Assembly: GCF_000181795.1 (NCBI RefSeq)
Contig: NW_003526943.1
Location: 10,412,789-10,476,788, forward strand
From: Trichinella spiralis
Lineage: Eukaryota
Length of the DNA: 64,000 nucleotides
Direction: 5' to 3'
Shown: positions 40,688 to 51,660 of the stretch, in pieces
How positions within the stretch are numbered: the stretch's first letter is position 1
Layout: every line of letters starts with the position of its first letter
Notes under the pieces: generated by a model
Told to the model about the DNA's origin: nothing
Databases searched by the model: none
Seen by the model: only the letters and a program-made list of their open reading frames with translations
Made by a program: the position numbers and the translations under genes

Positions 40688-43600
40688 GCTGTCGTTGCCC
40701 AGTCAACTTTTCCACTTGCTTCCACCGGATACGGTAAGTAGGAAGTGAAACAAATTGAAAAAGACAACCGTCACCGCATGTTATTGGTACAAATAATTTC
40801 GCTTTTTGAAATATTTTTCGAATCGTCCGATTTGTTAATTTTTATAATTCTTTTTCCATCAAATTCGCCCACGATGGCATTAACAATTGGTGCCGGTCGG
40901 TGGCATGCTCGAATTTGCAGTTGTTGTGATCAAAGAGTGCCTGCAAATTGATTTGGCTTGTGGTCGGTCGTTTACTACTACTGCTGCGTGCGTTTTCTTT
41001 CAATTTTCCCACTGGCACGACCGACGCGTTTTGATGCGCCAGACGCTGCGTGGCGGGTTCGAAAAATCGATTCGCCCGTCTAGAAACGGGCCAATAAACA
41101 AAATTTAACAGCCCCAATTGCGCGTGGCTTGTCTGTCTGGCCGTCTGGCTAGCTAGCTAGCTTGTCTGGCTGGCTGGTCTACGTAAACAACGTGCTTCCT
41201 AGACAGAACAGGTGAACTTGTGACAAATGATGAACAATGATGCAAAAGATAGCATTTTCAAAAAATGTGTAAACATTCAAAAACACCAATACGTAAAATG
41301 TTGTCGAACAAATTGACCACAATTAATATAATATACATTTGTACATAATGTGAAATGGAATTTTATCAACGCTTGACACTACGCTTACGTTTTTCATTCC
41401 AATAAATTTTGCATCGGAGATCAAACAAAAAACTAGCTAGTAAAATCAATAATTTGCTTTTTGTAATGTGAGAAATGTTTAACGTGCACCAAGTGAAATG
41501 CAGTTGAGGGTGGTTTGTCAATTTTTTGAAAAAAAATTTTATCTTTCAACGTTAACTGAACCGGAAGTTGTTTTTTATTTTTCAATTTTATTAAAATTTT
41601 ATCCTTTTTTATTCATTTCTCAACAGATGCAAATCACAAGTTTCCTTCCGCAAATGAAAATGATAGAGAAATAAATATTGTTGATAAAAACGATTTATGC
41701 ACCATTTATTATTGTATGAAAAACTGAAAATCTTATAATTAAAAGTATTAATTAAATTTTTTTTACATTATAAACTTAAAATGAGACATTTTTCAATAGA
41801 ATGTGCTTTTTTATTAATTTATCGAAAGTAGTCTGAATATTTTTCGTACAATATTGAATGAGCATACTGTAAGTTTTAGAAATCATGTACGTTTTCCAAT
41901 TTGCAAAATTATTATTATTAAGTACAGTACTTTGCACATTTAGTTCGAAATTATCGATTGTAATATAATTTTTGAATTTAATTAAGAAAAAAAATGTTAC
42001 ATTAAATTGAATTTGTAAAGATTTTCTAGTTGAATGCTTTTTGATTTTTGTTTGAAAAAAATAAGCTTTGATTGATCAGATTTTCAGAAATTTTATCTTC
42101 AACAGTCAAGTGGGAGGAATGGAATGGATGACATTTATTGAAAAAAATAAAATAATGAAATAAAGAAAAGAAAAGAAAAATTTATTTTTCAGCTTGTTGT
42201 GTCATTTGGAATATAGTTGAACAAATTTTTAAATATTTGCATGTTTGAAATATTTTGAAATGTCAAAATTGTCATTTTTCAATGTTTTCAATGTTCAATT
42301 CAAATTTTCAATTTAAAATAATAATAATTTCTATTACCAAGCTGTTAAAATATGAAAAATTCTACAAACAGAAAAAAGGTTGGGGGTGGAAGCTGTGTTA
42401 GTAGTGAATAAATAATTTTTGGTTTTTATTATAGTCAAGAAAATGGATGAGTGAAAAGAATAGAATAGAATAGAATAAAATAAAATTTAGAAAAGCAATA
42501 AAGTATAGTATTATTTCGTTCGAAATGTCCCACACAAACACACACAAGGGGTTATTTATTGCATTAATTTTTCATAAATTTAAATTGTCACACAGAGCAG
42601 CAGACAGTGGAAAAATTTGTTTGTCATCCAACGCTGTTGCAACAACGGTTTTTTGTTAATGATTGGGAAATTTGCAAAGGGTTTTAAAATTTAAATAAAT
42701 TTCAATGGCGCGTCGTGTTTTTTTTGGTAAATATTTTTACTCCCCCTATTCATCACTGCGTACGTATGAACGAGTGTAAAAGTTTTGAGAAGAAGAAAGA
42801 AGGAAGTTGTCTTTATCACTTTGACAAAACAAATAAATAGAAAATGCGGAAGAGATGGAGAAAAGATTTTTTTCTTCCTTCCTTCCGTGTGCGTTTTTTG
42901 ATTCATTTAATTGAATGATCACATTTCTTCTTTCTTCCGCTACAGCTGCCATTCAATATGCAACAAATTATTCTCATTATGTACATCTAAATCTACAATT
43001 CTGTTTGTTCTTTTTGTATTTGTATACAAAAAATCTAAACTATAATTTATGTTTATTAATCATTATTTTATTTGTCGATAAATTTGTATAAAAATGAGAT
43101 TTTTCTTCAGAGAAGTATATAAATGGTTAGAATGAAGAGAGGCTTGAAGATGTTCAAGTGTAAGAGGAATTTCATCGGTAATCTATCTATCATTGACGGC
43201 AGATAAAAATCACCAACAAACTTGAAGAGTAATAAATACTTGAAGAAAAATGAACATTTTGCATGTAATGCTGTAAAGGTAATAATAATACACCTATAGT
43301 ACTGATGATGTAATAATAATAATAATTATTATTATTAGGGGTAATAGTAATAGTAGTAGTATTTAGTAACGGTGATGATGATGATGGTGGTGGTGGTGAT
43401 GTTGGTAGAAAAGTGTACACAGAAAGCCGCTTTTACGGTCAGACGTCACGCAAGCGTCTGTCGGGTTCAATAAGCTATTTAAACAAAACTGCCTGACGAG
43501 CTGTGTAAAACGTCAAGCAGCTTCAGTATAAATAAAAAGAAGTGATTATAGAAATTTCGATTCGTCGCCGTCGCCATGGGCGGATGCGGTCTGCTGGCGT

Positions 43601-44222
43601 CCAAAGTTTCCACTTTTAATCAGACATATCTGAACACAAGTAAGAAGAAGAAGAAAAAGATGCTTGGTTATTATTATTTTTTTTTTAATAATATTGCATT
43701 GATGAAAGCTTCACAGTGTGAAAAACTTGGAAACTGAAAAGAATAAGAAGAAATTATGGAAAAGACGAAATTCAAATTCATCACTTCTACTGATTATTTT
43801 ATTGTTATGGTTGTTGGTATTTTTTTTGTTCTTTTCCTGAATCATCATTTTTGAGAAAAGCAAAAAAAAGTAAGTGTAGAAATAATAAGAAAAATCAAGT
43901 ATTAAAATTTGAAAAAATAACACAAAAAAGAAGACAGACAGAATTTTTGCAGACGTAATTACCGGACGTCTGTAGAATTTGAAGAACGAACCTTGAAGGA
44001 AGTACTTGAGAAAAAAATATCCACATATATACATATGTGTATTCTTTGCAAAGACATGATGCCAAGTTCACACAAATCGAATTTAAAAAGCGGAAGCGTA
44101 ATTCTCGCTTAACGGTTGGCTTATTTTTCCACAAATGATTTATCAGACCGTGTGCACGACTAAGTGATTTGCGTTCCAGACATCGCATATGTTGTCTACG
44201 TTTGCACGTTCACATGACATTG

Positions 44223-44223
<1 letters not shown>

Positions 44224-44264
<41 letters not shown>
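44224..44264. repeat. (TA)n microsatellite, about 20 units
   Basis: Uninterrupted TA run. Confidence 0.9.
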
Positions 44265-44266
<2 letters not shown>

Positions 44267-47200
44267 GACTGAGTGTGTATGGGTATGTCTATCTGTCTTC
44301 TTGACCGTTGCGTATATACTTATACATCCGTCTGAAGTCATGGTAAGTGTTATTTTGGTTGCTTTTTTCCCATTTGAAACAGATTTCAAAAAATTGAAAT
44401 TAGCAACATAATTAGCAATCACAACTGTTGTATGTATGATTTAAAACTTTTTCATGACACTGAAATTTGATTCATTTCTTAATCAATACGATGGTGTTAT
44501 TTCATCTTTTATGCAAATGAAAAGTTAAAATTAAAATCAAAGCAAAATTGAAAAATTTGAAAAAATAAGCAAGTGAAAGAATCCGGTTAGAAAAAAGTGT
44601 AAAATTATAGATCAGAAGTAGCGGCTAAATAGAAAAAAGGGGCAGAATTTGTTTTTTGAATAGAATGCGGAAGTAAATTTCTACAGTATGATTCAATTCT
44701 TTTTTTTTTTTTGAAATTCCATTTTGATATTTTATTTCAATTAAGAAAACAGTTTATTTGATCTTTTCAACGAAGATAAAAGGCAATTGTTGTTGTTGTT
44801 GTTATTTTTGTTTTAAATTTAATTTTTTATAATAATAATAATAATAGTATTGTTGTTGTTTTATATTGATGAGGAAATTGAAAATTTGTTTTACAATTTT
44901 GAAAGAATTTCAACTTGAACAGAGTTAGAAGAAAAAGAAAAAAAATCGTCCTGTCTCGTTTCACCTCATTGATTTGCGTATTCATCATTATCATCATCAT
45001 CATCAGCGTTGCCGTCGACGTCGTCGCTTGCCCTTGACATCATCCAAAAGGCGGAAGTAAGTCTGTCATCGGTGGATGAGAGTGTGTTTGTTTATTTTTT
45101 TTATGAAAATAACATTTTACGTAATATTTTTTGTCAAAAAATTAAAATATTTTTTAAAATATTCTTTCAGTGATTTATATATTTGAAGAAGAAAAAAAAT
45201 ATTTGGTAATTTTCTATTTTTTTTCTTTTGTAAATATTCCCATCGATATACAATTATTAGAACGGTTGATTGGAGGTGGTATTAATTAATGAGGCCTCTT
45301 CTGAGGGGTAGTTGACTTGCAGGTTCCATTCTACAACTGGCACGACCATGTCAATTAATTTATACAACCAATTCACGAAAGACCTTGATTGGGGAGTTGA
45401 AAAAAAAACGTTTAATTTAATTGTAAATTAACCTTCTTCTTTTTTCCCTAGTTTTGAAGCTTTATAATTGTCAATTTCCTTTTTGCTTCCTTTTGTTGTT
45501 GTGAAAAATAATGAATAGATTGCGTATTGTACAAATTTCAAACTGTAAACCGTAAAATGTTATTGATGTATTATTTTTCTTAATTTCATAAAATAGGGCT
45601 TAAATTTTAAAATGAAAAATAAAAAAGATGACGTTGTCTAATTTTGTATTTTTTACATGACCTAGTTTGTGAAAATTGAAATTGTTCGGCTATGATGTTG
45701 CAAAATGTGTTACTTAACGGTTCAATTGGTTTCGACGTTGTTTGAATTCGAAAGCAAAAAATTTTTCGTGCCACATCACGAAAAATAAAACAAACTCACA
45801 GATTTGTTCGTAATATGAAATATTTTAATTTTTTTTATTAATAATTGTGAAAATTGTTTTTTTTTGACATTGTTAGAAAAAGATTTTTTTTACCATAAAA
45901 TGAATAATAAGATTGATTGATTGGTCAGTTTTGAAAAGGTGAAGAAAGATGGATGGATAGATCTACAGTAGAATGTAAATTGAAAACAACCCGGAAGCTT
46001 TTTGTTTATAAAAATTATATTATCTATCATTCAGTGCAGTGTTGAAATGCATCTTATGTGATGGGCGTTTTCGACTATTTTGATGTTGATTTTTCTTGTT
46101 ATTATTGTTGTGTACATATTTATGCATAAAGTGGTGAAACTGTACGTTTATTTATTCTTGAATTCCATTGATTTCATTTTGATATTTCAGATGTGTAGTA
46201 TTTTATTGTTGTTTTTGAAATCATTTATAATAATAATAATCGATGAATTATTTTATTGAAAAGGTAAGAAATGATAAAATATTTCTTATTTTTAATTACT
46301 GATTTCAAATTTCACGTTTTATTATAAGTAGTCGAGTATGAATTTTCTGTAATTCATACAATGATATACGTTGCTTTACTTGTACGTGTATGTGTGTGTC
46401 TGTCTGTGTGTGTGGTCGTTTGTACAGTCATCAATAATTGCCATTGGATAGTGGAAATCAATCAAAAAGTAACATAAGTTCTATATATTATGCGGTACTT
46501 TTTCATCTTTGCTCAATTTGCATTCTTCTACGACGTGCTTTCATGTAAAAAATGACCAATGAATTCTTTTTCCAGTGATGATGAATCAGCTATTTTTTTT
46601 GTTTGAAAATTTATTTTTTAAATTGTCTGCTTTGTCAATAATAGAACCAACTTTTGAACTTCCTTTTTTTTTCTTACTGAAATTGAACTGGAAATCTTTA
46701 TTTTTTGAAATTGATTTTTAACCAGATTCTAATTTTGAGAAATGTAAAAATAAATGAATTATCCATAATTTTTTCTTTAATTAAAAAAAATTGAAAAGTA
46801 TAATATTTAATTTTATTTCGATTACAATCATTGATTAGAAATCAATTTAAAAAAATTTTTTGTACTATTACACTACTGTTATGAAAATTGGTCACCTTTT
46901 GTGTGTGCAGTGTAGTGTAGTGTAATAAGATATATCGCTGACAAGGAAGGAAGAAAAAAAATATATATATATTTCAATGCTATTATATGATGAAGGAAAA
47001 AATTAGAATCAGTTTTATGTACATGAAAAGTGACTGGCACGCTTTGACACGTAAGCGATAATGATATCATCGAAAAAATTTATCTTTTGTTCTTTTTATT
47101 TCATTCCACTTCCGCAAACGTTTTATTATTATTATTATTATGATCAGCATTAACATTTGTTAGATATATTGATCTGATAAGAATATAATATATGGAAAAA

Positions 47201-47740
47201 TAATAATTGTGTTTTTCGTTACTACTGTTATTATTTTTATTTTTAAATTTATACATTTCCCTGTTCACTTTCAGTGCTTTTTTTCCGTTACATCTTGTAT
47301 ATAAATATATTAATTTTTGTTCCCTAATATTTTCTTTTTTTCATCAGATATTCTTTTATTACTATTCGAGTGCTGGAAAGCAGATTTATCTAAACAGTGG
47401 CAAAGTAGCAATTTTATATTTTTAAATAACTAACGATCTGTGAGAATATAGTGTGCGTGTGTGTGATGTTGCTTTTTTTTCATTTCCCACTTTACATATA
47501 TTTATTTTATTTGGTCGATAATATCCACTTTAAGAAACCTTAACGGTAGTAAATAACGAAAATTACACATTTTCCTTGTCATTGAAATCAATAATATAAT
47601 ACAAAGAATTATTTAAATTTTAGTTCAAAAAGAAAACAATAGAAAGGTAACTATTATTCAATTTTACCATCTGTTACAATTGTTGTTGTTGCTGATAAAC
47701 GGAAAAAAATTCATAAAATCTGTGGTCGTTGCTTGGAAAC

Positions 47741-47776
<36 letters not shown>

Positions 47777-49460
47777 TTTTGGTGTTATTGTTTTATATAT
47801 TTTGATAGTTGAAGAGAAGAAAAGAAAAAGGAATGAATATTTATTACTTCATCAATAGCAGTATCGCAGATCAGTGTTCTCATAAATTTCTACAGTGATG
47901 CTATTGTGAATATGATGGTAAAAAGAAAATTTCCATTCCTTCTTCTATTCATCCATTGTCTTCCACTTGTATTTATTTAAATTTCACGGCGTCAGTTGTT
48001 TACCAGACTGTCTAGTGTTGTCGTCAGACAATGTTCTAGCTAACATTAAGCTTCAAATCTGTTTTTTTAATGTTTTTCACTAACTTGAATTATGAATTAT
48101 CATACAAATTGAAATTCATTTTATTTTTTCAAGATAATAAGGAAAAATGGAGAATTTATGTTGTTCTCTTTTTGAGACATGAATGAGTTTTGCATTCCAG
48201 TGTTGTTGGGGCGTTGGCGTTTGTTTTTTTTTTACCGCATGATTGTGTTGTATTTTATTATAAAAACCTTCGGTCGTTGAAGTTGAGACGGTGCGCAACA
48301 TTTTGCAGACAGACAGTTCAGAAATTTCCAGACACAAAGCCACTCTCAGACAGCAATAAAAGCAAGCATCTATATAACTATGCAGACAGAGACGTTGTTG
48401 AAAATAAAGCAGAAGAGCACATAGAAGAAGAAAATTTATATAAATACTATTTCATCATCATCATCATCATCATCGTTGCTGTTGCTGAAGTTGCTGTTGC
48501 TGCTGCTACTGCTCTATGCAATCTTTCCAGTTTGCTGTTTTATTTTTCTATTTTAGTAAGTTTTCAAGTATTATATATATATATATAAACTGTTATATGA
48601 ATAGTAGGGAGAAAGGCACATTTTTCATCCAAATTTATACAACTATTTTGTTAAACCTTTATTTAAATGTATCGTTCACAAGTCACTTGTGACGTCGATA
48701 TATAATAATATTCAGTTTTGCAAACAAAAATTGTCTGTCTATCGTGTAATATATAGCATATACTAGCTCTGACTGACTGAAGGAACGAGAGAATAGTTTT
48801 TCCTCATTTTTTAAGCAACCAACCAGCGTCTACATTCGCTCTCCCTCTCGGTTTGGCTAAATATAGTCGAAATGGGAATGGGCGGTTCGTAGTGGCCATT
48901 TCGTCCAATCAAAACGCTTCGACAAAACAGCCAGTCGAACGAACATTCGGCCAAAAAAAATTTGAATAGTAAAAAACGTTTTGACGTAGCCATTAGCAGG
49001 ATGCAGTTGGTGTATTCTATTCGTGCTTTTCGTTGCTCTTGCTCTCTCGCTCTCTCTTTCAGTCAGTCAGTCAGTCAGTCAGTCATTCACCATGTCGTTC
49101 GTTCGGTTGTGCGCTGTGCGTTCAGTTCTGTCCAATCAGTCAGTCTATACAACTGACTCTACGTTGATGCTACTACGGCTAGATTGGAAGAACAAGAGGA
49201 ACAAATTTTCCCCAAGCGCAGATGTTTCTACACATATCTGTATATTGAAGAATGATTAATTATTATTTTCAGACAGTGGTTGATTGGTAGGTATAATTTA
49301 TAATTTTTATAAATTAATTTTTCATTCATTTCAGAGTCTGTTCTGTTCTGTTCTGAATTCATCGTTCACTATATAAAGCCGTCTGTCTATTCGAATGCCA
49401 TCAGCAGTAGCCATCAGTTGTGTGTATTGTTTTTTTTTTCTTATTCGTTGAAGCGTCGTT

Positions 49461-49556
49461 CTGTCTGAGGTAGTAGGTTGTATAGTTGAGTTGAACAAAG
49501 CAACAGGCTTCCCAATTGTTGCTTTTACAACTAATACAGCCTGCTAGCTTAGACAG
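49461..49556 (+). ncRNA. let-7: pre-let-7; mature 5p 49466-49487 UGAGGUAGUAGGUUGUAUAGUU
   Basis: Exact canonical let-7a. The 3' arm AACTAATACAGCCTGCTAGCTTA (49529-49551) pairs with it, and the basal stem is CTGTC/GACAG. Confidence 0.98.
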
Positions 49557-50806
49557 CGCCACGCAAATTTCTACAAACTACTACTACTACTGCTACTGCT
49601 ATTACTACGCCTGTCCAATAAATTGAACAACGACAAAACAGACAGACAGACAGACGGACGGAAAATATTTCGAAATATATTCAACTTTAACCACGTTGAA
49701 AAATAAATAAAATATAAAAATAGGTAAGAAAAGAAAAGAAAAAATTTTAATAATTTAATTTTTATCGTGTCAAATAATACTTGACCAAAAGAAAAAGAAA
49801 AAAAAGCGAGACGCCGCCAAATGCCATCACCGACGCAAACGTTGCCACATAATGTGCTACCGATGAATCATTTATTGGTAAACCAGACAGCCAGCCAGTC
49901 AGTCAGTCGTGTGTCTGTCTGTCTGGTTTCATTGAAAATGAAATGGGGCGTACGTCGTAGACATAGATAGTAGTAGTAATAGTAGTGGGTAGGTAGGCAT
50001 GTGTTGGTGGTGGTGGTGGTGGTGGTGTTGGTGGTGTGTGTGTGTGTGTGGTTATTGTCGTTAGTTGAAAAGGAAATGATAATGGATTTTTTTTAAAGAA
50101 AAAATAAATCTCATTTATTTTAAATTTTATATAAAAAATTGTTTTAGAAACAAGAAAAAGGTTTATATAAGAAGAAGCATGTTCAAAAGTAGTGGTAGTA
50201 GTAGCAGGTGTTGTTGTATGGTAGTAGGAATGTAATAATAGTATGGCAAATCAGTCAATTAGCTGGCTGGCTAGCCAGACAGACAGACAACCGCGCCCAT
50301 GGTTGAAAAGAAAAGTAATAGCATCATCGTCGAGTAGTAATAGAGAAGCAGAGAAAACGCAGTCGTGTCACCGACGTCAATTGCAGACGTTGATTATGCG
50401 CGTTGGTGTTTTTATTATAGTCTGTTGAAAAAAAAATTTTTCTTTTTCCTTATTTTCCAATATTTAAACGAAAACGATTTATTATATAATATTCAAAATG
50501 AATATATATAATAATTGAATATGATGTGCTATATTAAAGGGGGAAAAAATCTACTTGCAAAGACAGACACAGTAGAGAATAATAATAGTAATACATTTAT
50601 TTTAATAGTGCTGCTGCTGCTGCACAAGAGGAGTTGGGGCAAGAAAGGATCACTTCCGTGCCGACGGCAAACTCTGATTGGCCAACGGAACAGCCGGCAG
50701 TCAGTCAGCTGACTAGACGCGACGGCATTGACGTCGTCGAATCGAGACGGTTCATTCGTTTCAGTTGGCACATTTGAACGCATAACGCGAGGTGGTGTGG
50801 TATTTT

Positions 50807-50840
<34 letters not shown>

Positions 50841-51223
50841 TTATCGATACGTCTGTCTTTCTTTATTATTCATTTAAAATTAACTTTTTATTTAATATAT
50901 TTTTGATGTTGTTATATTCAATTTCTGTTTTTACATAGTGAAGCTTTTATTCTTCATTTGCATATTTTAATATATATACATTATAGAGGGATAAATGGAA
51001 AATGTATAATTTGGAATAAATAAAATATGCATATAGTAGTTAGTAGTAGTAGTAAGAGCAACGATGATTGTCTTTGGGCTAATTTTCTTGTCCAAAAGTT
51101 GTACTTTTGCCGACCGACCGACCGACCGACCGGTAAATATAAGACTTGACTAAAAATCATTGATAAATTGACGCGCATTGCCTTTTGCAGGCAGGCATCA
51201 TTTGTCATTTTATTTTCAGACGG

Positions 51224-51305
51224 CCACTACTACTACTGCTACTACTACTACTACTACTACTACTACTATTACTGCTGCTATTACTACTATTATTACTATT
51301 ATTAT
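51224..51305. repeat. (CTA/TTA)n degenerate trinucleotide microsatellite
   Basis: Run of ACT/ATT/GCT triplets that produces the poly-T and poly-L pseudo-ORFs in the track. Confidence 0.85.
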
Positions 51306-51588
51306 TTTTATTATTGGTGACGTGGACTTCTTTTTGCAACCAACTTCCGCCTTTTGCGAAGAAAATCTAGTAATAGTTAGTCATCACCATCATCATCATC
51401 ATTATTATAATTATAGTCAGTCAGTACTGTTGTTGTTGTTGTTGTCTGCTGTGCGCGCCAAGTCGGTGGTTTTTATACTGTTTTGTTTGTTTGTTTGTTT
51501 ATAATTTTTGTTTTTAGCCGAAAACAAACGAACCACAAGAGAGAGAAAAGAAGAATATGTGATGAAAATATTCTTCACTTACGTCGTT

Positions 51589-51660
51589 CACCTGTTCCCT
51601 GAGACCCAAACTTGTGAAAGTGTTTCAATGTCTCATAGGTTTGGGGTTCAGGAGCTGGTG
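51589..51660 (+). ncRNA. mir-125: pre-miR-125 (lin-4 family); mature 5p 51596-51617 UCCCUGAGACCCAAACUUGUGA
   Basis: One substitution (nt 13 U>A) from canonical miR-125b UCCCUGAGACCCUAACUUGUGA. The 3' arm TCATAGGTTTGGGGTTCAGGAG folds back, and the basal stem is CACC/GGTG. Confidence 0.96.

Noticed and set aside
40708..40750. Small hairpin right after pre-miR-100 (ACCG-GATA-CGGT with TTCC/GGAA arms)
   Set aside because: Too short and irregular for a miRNA precursor.
45260..45380. TGAGGGGTAGTTG... resembling a let-7 paralogue with a loose fold-back
   Set aside because: The seed is GAGGGGU rather than GAGGUAG, and I could not build a continuous ~22 bp duplex.
49370..49377. TATATAAA about 90 nt upstream of pre-let-7
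   Set aside because: Plausible TATA box, but the motif is frequent in this AT-rich DNA and there is no independent support.
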